Shown here piece by piece: positions 52,946 to 63,135 of a stretch of 64,000 nucleotides of DNA. The notes below the pieces were generated by a model that saw nothing but the letters and a program-made list of their open reading frames with translations, did not search any database and was not told the origin of the DNA. The DNA is taken from contig CAWCRZ010000020.1 in assembly GCA_963798005.1 (NCBI GenBank), forward strand, positions 22,176-86,175, in the 5' to 3' direction. Numbering within the stretch: the first letter of the stretch is position 1; the number at the start of each line of letters is the position of its first letter. Made by a program: the position numbers and the translations under genes. Origin of the DNA: an uncultured Acidobacteriaceae bacterium. GTDB taxonomy: Bacteria > Acidobacteriota > Terriglobia > Terriglobales > Acidobacteriaceae.

Positions 52946-54395
52946 ATGTCAACTTCCACCAAACCAGCCACGCGCAGCGAGGAAGACTCTCTCGGCCACA
53001 AGGAAATTCCCGCCAACGTTTATTACGGCATTCAGACGGCGCGCGCGGTCGAAAACTTTCCCATCAGCGGATTGCGTGCGCATCCCTCGCTCATTCGCGC
53101 CATCGCGATGGTGAAGGAAGCCGCTGCGCTCGCCAATCGCGACCTCGGCCTGGTGGATGCGAAGACCGCCAACGCGATTGTTGAGGCAGCGAAGGAGGTC
53201 CAGCACGGCAAATGGGACCAGGAATTCGTGGTCGACGTTTTCCAGGCTGGCGCGGGCGTCAGCTTCCACATGAACAGCAACGAGGTCATCGCCAACCGCG
53301 CAGCCGAGCTGCTGGGCGGCTACACTCGGCGAGTACAAACACGTCCATCCCAACGATCACGTCAACTACGGGCAATCGACCAACGACGTCTTCCCTACCG
53401 CGATGCGGCTGGCGACGCTGCTCGAGTTGGAAAAGCTCTATGGGGTGCTCGACGGCCTCATCGCCGCTCTGCAAGAAAAAGGTAAAGAGTTCCATCACGT
53501 CCTGAAGTCGGGCCGCACCCACATGATGGACGCGGTGCCGATGCGGCTCGGCCAGGAATTCCATGCCTATGCAGGCGCGATCAAGCGCGCCAGGAAGTCC
53601 ATACAGGAGCAGTCCGACCTTCTGAGCGAAATCGGCCTCGGCGGCTCGGCGGTCGGAACCGGCATCAACACTCATCCTGACTATCGTGAGAAGGCGATCG
53701 CGCACCTGTCGCGCATTTCCGGCCAGAAGCTGCGCGCGGTGGACGACATGCGCTACGCCATGCAGTCGAACCTGGCGATGTCGTCGGTCAGCTCGGCGCT
53801 GCGCAACCTGGCGCTGGAAGTCATCCGCATCTCCAACGACCTGCGCCTGCTTTCCTCCGGACCCAACACCGGCCTGGCGGAAATCAACTTGCCTGCGCTG
53901 CAGCCGGGCTCGTCCATCATGCCCGGAAAGATCAATCCGGTGATGGCGGAGCTGGCGGCAATGGTCTCGTTCCAGGTGGTCGGCTATGACACCGCCGTGG
54001 CGCTGGCAGTGCAGGCCGGCCAACTCGAGCTCAATGTCATGATGCCGACCATGGCTTACAGCGTGCTCACCTCGATCGCCATCATGACCAACATGCTGCG
54101 GCAGCTCACCGAGTTCTGCATCAAGGGCATCACCGTGAATGAGAAGCGCACCGACTTCTATGTGCAGAGCACGGTCTCGCTGGCGACGGCGCTGAATCCT
54201 TATATCGGCTACGCCAAGGCAGCGGAGATCGCGAAAGAGTCGGTCGCGACCGGCAAGTCCATCATCGAGATCGCGCGCTCGAAGGGATACTTGAGCGACG
54301 AGCAGATCAAGGAAATCCTCGATCCGGCACGCATGACGGAGCCAGTGCTTCCGCTGGAGGCAGCCAAGGAGCGCGAGAAGCTGAAAGCGAAATGA
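52946..54395 (+). CDS. aspA: aspartate ammonia-lyase, one frame break near 53328
   Basis: EEDSLGHKEIPANVYYGIQTARAVENFPISG..., then GEYKHVHPNDHVNYGQSTNDVFPTA continues in 53403..54395 with the GSSIMPGKINPVMAE signature. Confidence 0.88.
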
Positions 54396-54426
54396 GCAGC
54401 GCAGTCCACAACCGTCTCATCCCGGT

Positions 54427-54780
54427 TCACTTCTTGAAGATTATCTTTCCCGCACGAATGGTGTACTCCACCTTGGCGAAGTTGCGAATGTCGGTGGCTG
54501 GATCTGCGCCCAGAACGACCAGGTCCGCGTCGTATCCCCTCAGCACTTTTCCTGTTTTCCCAGCCTTGAAGAAGGTCGCCGGATTGTGGATGAGAACAAC
54601 CGCACCGAGGATGGGGGCTGCCTGCGGCGTGGGATAGACCTTCCCGTTCACCAGCGCCACATCGCCAGAAGGGTCGACCGGCGCCGAGCGCGCCACCACC
54701 GCGAACAGCACCAGCAGCAAGACGACAACAAAGGCCACCAGCCAGCCAAAGATGCCCGGACTTCGGTGCTGGGGCAGCAT
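54427..54780 (-). CDS. membrane-anchored amidohydrolase-like fragment lacking the catalytic barrel (117 aa)
   Basis: A transmembrane helix is followed by DVALVNGKVYPT (amidohydrolase N-terminal strand), joined almost directly to GKVLRGYDADLVVLGADPATDIRNFAKVEYTIRAGKIIFKK (the C-terminal strands). Confidence 0.55.
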   Translation of the reverse strand: MLPQHRSPGIFGWLVAFVVVLLLVLFAVVARSAPVDPSGDVALVNGKVYPTPQAAPILGAVVLIHNPATFFKAGKTGKVLRGYDADLVVLGADPATDIRNFAKVEYTIRAGKIIFKK

Positions 54781-54862
54781 GACGGTTACTACGGAATTGG
54801 GGTGGCTTTGGTTCACGATGCCGGCTTCGCTTGAGCTGCAGGCCTTTTCTCCGGAGAGCAGC

Positions 54863-55861
54863 TCAGTACGCCCAACGCAACAGCGTCGCGCCCGACGTGA
54901 ACCCTGCGCCCACCGCCGCCAGCAGCACCAGATCGCCCTTCTTGAGCTTGCCTTCCTCGACTGCGGTCTGCATGGCCAGCGGAATGGTGCCGGCTGTGGT
55001 ATTGCCGTAGCGGTCGATGTTGATGATGACTTTGTCCATCGGCAGCTTGAGGCGATCGGCGGTCGCATTGATGATGCGCTTGTTGGCCTGGTGCGCGATG
55101 AAGCAATCGATGTCGGCGCCGGTAAGGCCGTTCTTCTTCAGGAGGCGCTCGGTCATCTCCGACATTTTCTTCACCGCATACTTGAAGACTTGTTGTCCAT
55201 CTTGATGAATATAGTGCATTTTCTGATCGACAGTTTCGTGCGACGCGGGATGCAAACTGCCGCCCCCGGGCATGTTGAGGTACTGCCCGCCTGCGCCTTC
55301 GATCTGGGCCACGTAATCGATGATGCCGTCTTCGCCGTCCTCCGCGGGCTCGAGCAGCACCGCGCCTGCACCGTCGCCGAAGATGATGCACACGGCGCGG
55401 TCGGTGTAGTCGGTCATGGAGGAATTCACGTCCGAGCCAATCACCAGCACTTTCTTGTGCCTGCCCGACTCGATGAACTGGATACCTGCGTCCAGCGAGT
55501 ACAGGAAGCCCGAACACCCAGCCGACAGGTCGTAGCCCCAGGTGCGAGCGATACCCAGCTTGTTCTGCACCAGGCAGGCGGTGGAGGGATACATCATGTC
55601 GGGCGTAACGGTGCCAACAATAATCACGTCAATCTGCTGGAGATCGACCGGGTGCGATTCCACCAGCTTCTTGACCGCTTCCACGGCGAGGTCGCTGGCG
55701 GCGACGCCCTCGTCCACCAGGTGGCGTTCGCGAATTCCGGTGCGCTCCAGGATCCACTCGTTGGTGGTTTCCACCATGGTTTCCAGGTCTTTATTGGAGA
55801 GGACGCGAGGCGGGACGTAGGTCCCCAGAGCGGTGATCTTGGCGCGGATCGGCTTGGGCAA
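54863..55861 (-). CDS. fabH: beta-ketoacyl-ACP synthase III
   Basis: [40 protein letters not shown]...[12 protein letters not shown]...IAHQANKRI...[10 protein letters not shown] is the canonical Cys-His-Asn context. Confidence 0.93.
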   Translation of the reverse strand: MPKPIRAKITALGTYVPPRVLSNKDLETMVETTNEWILERTGIRERHLVDEGVAASDLAVEAVKKLVESHPVDLQQIDVIIVGTVTPDMMYPSTACLVQNKLGIARTWGYDLSAGCSGFLYSLDAGIQFIESGRHKKVLVIGSDVNSSMTDYTDRAVCIIFGDGAGAVLLEPAEDGEDGIIDYVAQIEGAGGQYLNMPGGGSLHPASHETVDQKMHYIHQDGQQVFKYAVKKMSEMTERLLKKNGLTGADIDCFIAHQANKRIINATADRLKLPMDKVIINIDRYGNTTAGTIPLAMQTAVEEGKLKKGDLVLLAAVGAGFTSGATLLRWAY

Positions 55862-55990
55862 TAGAGTTCTCCGGTGACAGTGGCAATGAATGCGAATTCA
55901 TTTTCAACGATACGAGAGGGAAAGTCTATGCTGCAGGTGCTCTGCGAATAACCGCACGACTAGCTGCCACGCCTCGCAAATAATCTGGCA

Positions 55991-56457
55991 TTGCGATACC
56001 TTCGAGAGCAATCAGCGTGCAGGAGGAGCAGCTTGGAGAGCTACGAACGGCGAGTACGCGAGAGTTTTGCCCGTCAGGCGATGATGACAGACGCTGGGAG
56101 CCGAGATGTCGTCGGTGCGCACCGGGGCCACAGAAATCCGCTTCCCCGTTGCGCCTGCGCTCACCGCAGCAGCACGGCTATGTTCACGCCGGCGCGGTGA
56201 CCACCGTCCTGGATTCGGCCTGCGGCTATGCGGCGCTGACCGTCGCGCCGGAAGGCTCGGAGGTGCTCTCGGTGGAGTTCAAGGTCAATCTGCTTTCCCC
56301 GGGCACGGGCGACTCGATTGTGGCGCGGGCCCAGGTGAAGCGCGCCGGAAAGAAGCTCGCCGTCTGCACAGCCGACGCGTTTGCGGTGCGCCCTGACGGC
56401 GAAAAACTGATTGCGACCATGCTGGCCACCATGATCTATGTTCCGCTGGAAGGATGA
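55991..56457 (+). pseudogene. PaaI-family thioesterase with two frame breaks (near 56085 and 56165)
   Basis: SLESYERRVRESFARQAMM (frame of 55991) / MSSVRTGATEIRFPVAPALT (frame of 56106) / QQHGYVHAGAVTTVLDSACGYAAL...VEFKVNLLSPG (frame of 56017) together rebuild one hotdog thioesterase. Confidence 0.7.
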
Positions 56458-56734
56458 CCGTGGTCCGCGCGCCGGGGTTCTTGGACAGCGCGGGCAAAGC
56501 GCTCCGTGCAAAAAAGCCAGGCGCCAGTTGACCGCTGCACACGCACTGGCCTGCTACCGTTGCTTCCTTCCGGACCTGGCGGGTTTCACAGGATTGCGTT
56601 GCGCGGGACCAGCGCCCGACTAGTCAATATACCATCCCCGCGCCAAGCGGTGCGGCGCCGCAGAATGCGAGTCCGACTTGTCACTGCGCGGTGCCCGGGA
56701 GCCGCGGAAAACAATGCTAAAATAGAGAGATTGC

Positions 56735-58272
56735 ATGCCGCCAAAAGTTGATTCTGTAGCCCTGCTGGACGCTCCCGTCACCCCGCCCCGCGTAATTACG
56801 GCGCGGCTCGGGGACCTTGGTCCCGAGGAGCGCACCGCTGCTACTCCCAAGAAGATTGGATTCGTGAGCCTGGGCTGTCCCAAGAACCTGGTGGACAGCG
56901 AGGTCATGATGGGCCTGCTGGCGGCGGGCGGAGCTGAGATTACGCCGCGCGCGGAAGATGCCGACATCATCGTGGTCAATACCTGCTCGTTCATCGACTC
57001 GGCCAAGCAGGAGTCGGTGGACACAATCCTGGAGATGGCGCAGCACAAGACCGCCGGACGGGCGCAGAAGCTGATCGTTGCCGGCTGCCTGGTCGAGCGC
57101 TACCGCAACGAGATCCAGAAGAACATTCCGGAAGTGGACGCGGTGGTCGGCACGGGCGAGTTGCAGCAGATTCTGAGCGCGGCCGGAATCGAGCCGAGGC
57201 AGAATGCCGACTCGCCGTTCGTCATTCTGAATGGGCGTTCCGAAGGCGACGCTCGCGAAGCCGCTGGCCGTTTCTCGAAGGAGTCGTGGGACGGCGCCAT
57301 CGCCGATCTGCCGAATTATCTCTACGACGAGAACACGCCGCGCCTGCTGGCCACGCCGAAGTATTCGGCCTACATCAAGATCGCCGAAGGCTGCGATCAT
57401 CCCTGCTCGTTCTGCATCATTCCGCAGTTGCGCGGCAAGTTCCGCTCGCGGCGTTTCGAATCCGTTATCGCCGAGGCGCAACGACTGGCCCAGCAAGGCG
57501 TGCGCGAGATCACGCTGATCGGGCAGGACACCACCTGCTACGGCGAAGACCTTGGCTTGAAGGACGGTCTGGCGTTGCTGCTGGAGCGGCTCGCGCAGAT
57601 CGACGAGTTGCGCTGGGTGCGCTTCCTGTACGCCTATCCCAACAAGATTACCGGCAAGCTGCTGGAAACGATTGCCGCGCATGACAAGATTTGCTCCTAC
57701 ATCGATGTGCCGTTGCAACATGCCTCGCCCACCGTGCTGAAGCGCATGAAGCGCGGCGCGGGCAGCGGACATCTTCCTGCGCTCGATCGAGAAAATGCGA
57801 CGCCAGATTCCTGGTCTGACACTGCGAACGTCGTTCATCGTCGGCTTCCCGGGCGAGACCGCGGAAGATTTCGAGCAGCTTTGCCAGTTCGTTCGCGAGG
57901 CGCAGTTCGATTGGCTGGGCGTCTTCGGTTACTCCGACGAGGAAGGCGCGAAGGCGTTCGACCTGGAAGACAAAGTCTCCCGGCGCGACAGTCGAGCGGC
58001 GTCGCAGGAAGCTGATGTCCATCCAGAAGCAGATCAGCCGCAAGAAGAAACGCGCGCTGGTCGGGCAGCAATTCGATTTGCTGCTGGAAGGGCCTTCGGC
58101 GGAAACCGAGTTGCTGTGGGAGGGCCGCACCGCCATGCATGCCCCCGAGATTGACGGCACGGTGTACGTCAACGATTTTGGCGATCGCGAAGACGTGCGC
58201 GAGGGCGAGTTCTACCGCTGCGAAATCACCGAGGCGCACGATTACGATCTGGTGGCGCGAATCGTAGAGTAG
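56735..58272 (+). CDS. rimO: ribosomal protein S12 methylthiotransferase, two frame breaks (near 57764 and 57977)
   Basis: [21 protein letters not shown], radical-SAM [17 protein letters not shown], then [35 protein letters not shown] (57795..58154 frame), then the TRAM part [16 protein letters not shown]...YRCEITEA (58015..58272). Confidence 0.9.
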
Positions 58273-58377
58273 TCAGTAGTCAGTTGTCAGTTGTCAGTTC
58301 CCGAGTTTAGATTTGATTCCCACGACTGCACATCTGAACTGATTACTGACAACTGACAACTGACAACTGACAACTGG
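58271..58377. repeat. inverted arrays of the heptamer CAGTTGT / ACAACTG with 37-nt spacer, filling the rimO-yacG gap
   Basis: The left arm AGTCAGTAGTCAGTTGTCAGTTGTCAGTT (58271-58299) overlaps the rimO TAG stop codon by 2 nt. The right arm AACTGATTACTGACAACTGACAACTGACAACTGACAACTGG (58337-58377) ends 2 nt before the yacG ATG. Confidence 0.85.
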
Positions 58378-58379
58378 AC

Positions 58380-58586
58380 ATGCCCAAGCGACGGATTCGC
58401 AGTTTACGGTGTCCCATCTGCCGAACGATCGTGCTGGCCACGGACCCCGAATTTCCATTTTGCAGCGAGCGCTGCCGCACGATTGACCTGGGCAAATGGG
58501 CCAGCGGCGGCTATGTCATCTCCAGCCCGCTGAACGATCCGGAGACCGGCGATTCCAACTATCCCGAGCAGCGCAGCAAGAAATGA
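58380..58586 (+). CDS. yacG: DNA gyrase inhibitor YacG (zinc finger)
   Basis: RCPICRTIVLATDPEFPFCSERCRTIDLGKWASGGY is the canonical YacG C4 finger and tail. Confidence 0.85.
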   Translation: MPKRRIRSLRCPICRTIVLATDPEFPFCSERCRTIDLGKWASGGYVISSPLNDPETGDSNYPEQRSKK

Positions 58587-58628
58587 GGCCGGCTCGATAA
58601 GTCCGCCTGCGCCCGGTGGGCAACTCTG

Positions 58629-59098
58629 GTGGCCACGTTCTTCGGCGCTGGACGATTGCGTCCCGGACCTGGGACCTGGGGCTCGCTGGCGACCGTGCTG
58701 CTATGGTGGCTGCTGGCATCGCATCTGCCGGCTTCAGCGCGATCTCCCGGTAATTCTGCTGTTGATCGTCGTTGTGGTCGCGGTCGGAATTCCCGCGTCA
58801 ACCCTGGAAGCGCGCGGGATGCGGCAAGAAAGATCCCTCGCATGTCGTGATTGACGAGGTGGCGGGGCAACTGGTTACGCTCATCGCGTGCCCCATCGTG
58901 TGGCAAGCGCTGCTCGCGGGCTTTATACTTTTCCGTGGGTTCGACATCGTGAAACCGCCTCCGGTGCGCAGCCTGGAGCGGCTGCCGGAAGGAACGGGTA
59001 TTGTGGTGGATGACCTGGGCGCGGGCTTGTATGCGCTCATCGTGTTGCAGATTGTTGCTCCACTTTGGGCTGCTTCGCTGAACGGACAATTGCAATGA
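58629..59098 (+). CDS. pgpA: phosphatidylglycerophosphatase A, two frame breaks (about 58735 and 58810)
   Basis: VATFFGAGRLRPGPGTWGSLATVLLWWLL / LPVILLLIVVVVAVGIPAS / KKDPSHVVIDEVAGQLVTL...FRGFDIVKPPP...VVDDLGAGLYA lie in three frames. The start is uncertain. Confidence 0.8.
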
Positions 59099-60154
59099 TG
59101 GATCGAAAAACCGGCGCGAAGAACGTCAACGGCAATCCGCACATCGACACGATCGATCCCGCTTGCGCCTTGCCGGGAGGCGAGGTACGCATCACCGGCA
59201 GCGGCTTCCGCTCCGCCGAGCTGCGCCGCCCGGTGGTTCGATTCGGCGATGCCGATGGTTCGGTCATCGTCAGCGCGCAGCAGTTCATCGTCGCGCGCGT
59301 ACCGGATGGCGCCGCCTCGGGCGACGTCGTCGTGGCCACGAACGGCCACAAGAGCAATGCGGCGGGAGTTGCGGGTGGCCGTCCCCATCGCCGAGAACCT
59401 GCACCCGGTGGCGAATCCCGGCCATCGACGCCGACGGCAATATTTATGTGACCTTCTCGGGATCTCGCGGACAGAAGGTTCCGGTCGCCATCTACCGCAT
59501 CGACACCAACTACAACGTCAAGCCGTTCCTGCACGAGATGATGAATCCCACCGGTCTGGCCCTGGATCGCGCCGGCAGCCTGTACGTTTCCTCGCGCTAC
59601 GACGGCACGGTGTACCGCGTGGCGCCCAACGGCACCATGACCTCTTACGCGGAGGGCATGGGCGTCGCCACCGGCATCGCATTCGATCCGCGGGCAATCT
59701 TTACGTCGGCGATCGCAGCGGGACCATCTTCAAGATTGGCCGCGACCGTCAGATCTTTGTCTTTGCCATGCTGGAGCCAAGTGTCTCGGCCTATCATCTG
59801 GCGTTCGGCAACAATGGAAACCTCTACGTCACCGGCCCGACCACGTCAAGCTTCGACGCCATTCACCAGATCGATCCGCACGGCGAGGTGTCGCGTCTTC
59901 TACCGCGGGCTGGGCCGCCCACAAGGGCTGGCGGTGGACATAGAAGGAAATCTGTACGTCGCAGCCTCGCTCAACGGCCGTCGCGGAATTGTGAAGGTCA
60001 CGCCCGACTCGCAAGGCGTCGCTGGCGGTATCGGGACACAATCTGGTCGGACTGGCGTTCGCTCCCGCGCGGTGCCGTGGTGCTGGCCACCACCAGCGGC
60101 GTGCATCATCTCTCCTGGGACATCCAAGGCCGCCGACTGGCGCCGGAAGCCTAG
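59095..60154 (+). pseudogene. IPT/TIG domain plus NHL/SMP-30-like beta-propeller protein, at least six frame breaks
   Basis: IDTIDPACALPGGEVRITGSGF...FIVARVPDGAASGDVVVATNG, followed by propeller blades AIDADGNIYVTFSG / GLALDRAGSLYVSS / GIAFDSAGNLYVGD / LAFGNNGNLYVTG / GLAVDIEGNLYVAA alternating among all three frames. The ATG overlaps the pgpA stop (ATGA). Confidence 0.7.
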
Positions 60155-60278
60155 CAGTTAGTAGTTAGCACTGGGCATTGAGTACTCGGAAATGGCTGCT
60201 ACTGCCACCTAAACGATATCGCGATTCGCCAGTGGGAGACACGTGGCTAAATGCCAATTGCCAAGTGCTAACTGCTAG
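60151..60278. repeat. inverted repeat CTAGCAGTTAG...GCACTGGGCATTGAG / CTAAATGCCAATTGCCAAGTGCTAACTGCTAG with about 64-nt spacer
   Basis: The left arm (60151-60182) contains the stop of the NHL gene. The right arm (60247-60278) ends 9 nt before the cinA GTG. The arms differ by small internal tandem duplications. Confidence 0.75.
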
Positions 60279-60287
60279 ACTGAATTC

Positions 60288-61533
60288 GTGATCGCGGAAA
60301 TTATCGCCGTCGGCTCGGAGATGCTGACCCCGTCGCGGCAGGACACCAATTCCCTCTTCCTCACCGGCCGCCTCAATGAACTGGGAATCAGCGTTGCCTT
60401 CAAGACCATCGTGGGCGACAACCGCGAGCACCTCACCTCCGTAGCGCGCACCGCAATCGGCCGCTCCGACATCTCCATCTTCATGGGCGGACTTGGCCCC
60501 ACCGAGGACGATCTCACGCGCGAGTCTGTCGCCGAGGCCCTGGGCGTGGAGTTGAAGCGCGACCACGAAATCGTCACCGCGATGTACAAGCGCTTCGCGG
60601 AGCGACGGTTGCAGATGCCGGACAACAACGCGCAGCAGGCCGACGTGCTGCAAGGCGCGGTCGTGCTGCCGAACTCCCGCGGCACGGCGCCGGGACAGTG
60701 GCTGCAAACCGAATTCGAGGGAAGGCCGCGAATCGTCATCCTGCTGCCCGGACCGCCCCACGAACTGCAAGCTCTGTGGGATAAGCATTGTCAGCCGCGA
60801 CTGCGCGAGGTGGCGCCACCGGCCGCAATCGCGACCCGCGTGCTGAAGACCGCCATGCTGCCCGAATCGGCCGCCGACGCGCGCACCGCGCCGATCTACA
60901 AAAAGTATCCGAGCAATCGAGACCACCGTACTGGCCGGGCAGGGGCAGGTCGAGTTTCATCTGCGCGCCACCGCCGCGACCCCGGAGGAGGCCCAGGCCG
61001 CGGTGGACCGTCTGGCAGGCGAATTGGAGGACGAGCTGGGCGACGCTGTATTTTCGTCCTCGGGCGAATCGCTGGAAGAGATCGTCGGCTATTACCTCCA
61101 GATGCGGAATGCCAAGTTAGCGGTTGCGGAGTCGTGCACTGGAGGCATGATCGCCGAACGCATCACCTCCGTCGCCGGAAGTTCGCGGTACTTTCTGGGC
61201 GGAGCCGTGGTCTACTCCAACGATCTCAAGACCTTGTTCGCGGACATTCCGCCGCTGATGATCGAGGCCCACGGCGCGGTGAGCAAAGAGGTTGCCCTGG
61301 GGTTGGCCGAAAACATCCGCGAACTATGCAATGCGGATGTCGGCGTAGGGGTCACTGGGGTCGCGGGTCCGGGCGGCGGCACCGAGGAGAAGCCGGTTGG
61401 TTTGGTGTACGTCGCCGTCACCAATGGTCAAAAGCAGGAAGTAGTACAGCGGCGCTTCCCCGGCGACCGCGAGAGAATCCGGCGCTGGGCCAGCCAGCAG
61501 GCGCTCGACCTGGTTCGCCGCATACTGATGTAA
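60288..61533 (+). CDS. cinA: competence/damage-inducible protein CinA (MoCF-binding domain plus nicotinamide-nucleotide amidohydrolase PncC domain), one frame break near 60915
   Basis: MIAEIIAVGSEMLTPSRQDTNSLFLTGRL...IFMGGLGPTEDDLTRE, then IETTVLAGQGQVEFHL...LAVAESCTGGMIAERITSVAGSSRYFLGGAVVYSN continues in 61003..61533. Confidence 0.88.
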
Positions 61534-61708
61534 CAACCCCCGGCCGCGGCTGCTGCAAGACAAATGAGCCGATGTCGGCAGTAAACTTCTCTATCGCTTC
61601 TGCAGCACTTCTGCCCGCAAACCAAAATCGATGGAGGTGATCGCGTGAAGAAGCTCTTTTTCGCCCAGCATGCGCCAGGCCTCCTTCGTGCACGAGTTAA
61701 GCAATTCG

Positions 61709-62740
61709 CTATTGGGTGATGGTCTTGACGGCATCGCCGACCTTGAAGTCGGAGCCGGAGACCGGGGTCCCGACCGCGGAGATGTCATCCACGTCGGTCA
61801 GGCGGATCACGCCCACAGGCGATGTCATGCGACGAATCACCTGGCCGGTTGACGGGTCTTTAATCTCCTTGGTCACGCGCTGTACCGTCAACTGGTCGCC
61901 CACCTTCAGGCCCGCCTTGCCACCAACATTGAGCACCACCTGGCCGCCGTCCACCGCTGCGACCACCCCTTCCACACTGATGGTGCGGGCTTCCAGTTTG
62001 GGGGCGTCGGCGATCAGCCCTTCACTCATCTGCTTGACCGCCGCGCTGACCGCCTCACCGATGATGGTCTGCTGGAAGTCGCTGCTGCCAAAGTCCACGG
62101 CTCCGCCACCAAACCCGTGCCAGTTACCTCCGCCACCCAGCATAGACGTACTCTCGCGCTGCGACTCGCCTTTGCCGTCCGCCACACCCATGATCTCGGC
62201 GGTATCAATGTTCACAATGCGCGCGTCCACCACTACGATGGCCTTACTCTTCTTTTGGTGGAAGCCTCCCAGTCCATATCCGCCCCATCCGCCGCCACCA
62301 CCACCGACATTCGTGTTCTTGGTGTCATTGCCAAATTGAGTAATGCTACCGACGATGATGGCATCCACACCGAGAATCTTTCCGATCTTGGCCGCCGAGG
62401 TGGGATTGGCGCGATCGCTGTTGGAGAAATTCTGCTCGCCCAGAATTTTGTCCATCGCCTTGCGCTCGATCACGGAGTAGGTGCCGTCTTGCACCAGATT
62501 GCGCACCAGCAGGTCCGCGATCCCTTTCCCAACGTCCACGTTCGTCCCAAAAACTGCGGCCGAGTTGCTCTGCACGGTGGCATAGTCGAAATCGAAGATG
62601 GCAACGCGCTTCTTGCGTGTGTGCAGGGCCTGCGGAGCAGCCGGTGGCGCGGCAGAGGCAGCCGGCGCTGCGGCCGACTGTGCTTCCGCTCCCGTCACGA
62701 AAAACGATGCCAGAACTAAAGTGGCCAATAAAAATCTCAT
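61709..62740 (-). CDS. CsgG-family outer-membrane lipoprotein-like protein with C-terminal extra domain
   Basis: Signal peptide; RVAIFDFDYATV...GKGIADLLVRNLVQDGTYSVIERKAMDKILGEQNF...AAKIGKILGVDAIIVGSITQF fits the CsgG fold. Gly-rich loops and a ~90-aa C-terminal beta-rich extension follow. Confidence 0.7.
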   Translation of the reverse strand: MRFLLATLVLASFFVTGAEAQSAAAPAASAAPPAAPQALHTRKKRVAIFDFDYATVQSNSAAVFGTNVDVGKGIADLLVRNLVQDGTYSVIERKAMDKILGEQNFSNSDRANPTSAAKIGKILGVDAIIVGSITQFGNDTKNTNVGGGGGGWGGYGLGGFHQKKSKAIVVVDARIVNIDTAEIMGVADGKGESQRESTSMLGGGGNWHGFGGGAVDFGSSDFQQTIIGEAVSAAVKQMSEGLIADAPKLEARTISVEGVVAAVDGGQVVLNVGGKAGLKVGDQLTVQRVTKEIKDPSTGQVIRRMTSPVGVIRLTDVDDISAVGTPVSGSDFKVGDAVKTITQ

Positions 62741-63051
62741 GGTGATTTATTCTCCCGGTATTTACGCGATGAGAAACCCAGGCAAGTCAGGGAAACGCTG
62801 GCCTGAGAAAGCTCCATCTCTGCCGCCACGGATTTTACTGCATTTTGACCCTTAAAGCGCAGCTTTTCTGGACAGCTCAAAGCGAAGTTCACCAATGGGC
62901 TGTACCCCTCTTACCACAATTCGGGCCGCCCTAGAATGGGCTTGCCGTCCGAATGGTGCCAAAACGGTTCGCCGACCATCCAACGAGCCCATTGGTGCAG
63001 CGTCTCACCGTGTGACCCGTGACCGCCTTGTGCGTGACAAAAAGCACTTTT

Positions 63052-63079
63052 TTGTCCAGTTGCCACGTTGCACTATACT
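63052..63079 (+). promoter_or_regulatory. sigma-70-like promoter candidate for panD
   Basis: TTGTCC (63052-63057), 16-nt spacer, TATACT (63074-63079), about 57 nt upstream of the panD ATG. It overlaps an A/T hairpin GACAAAAAG-CA-CTTTTTTGTC. Confidence 0.4.
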
Positions 63080-63135
63080 GATGCAAGAAGTGGCAGGCGT
63101 TTCGCCGCTGCATTCAAGGTAAAGGACACAAGGAA

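Noticed and set aside
58271-58377. Possible CRISPR-like or tandem-repeat array
   Set aside because: The units are 7 nt with no unique spacers between them. The two blocks are inverted copies of each other. This is not CRISPR architecture, and no cas genes are present.
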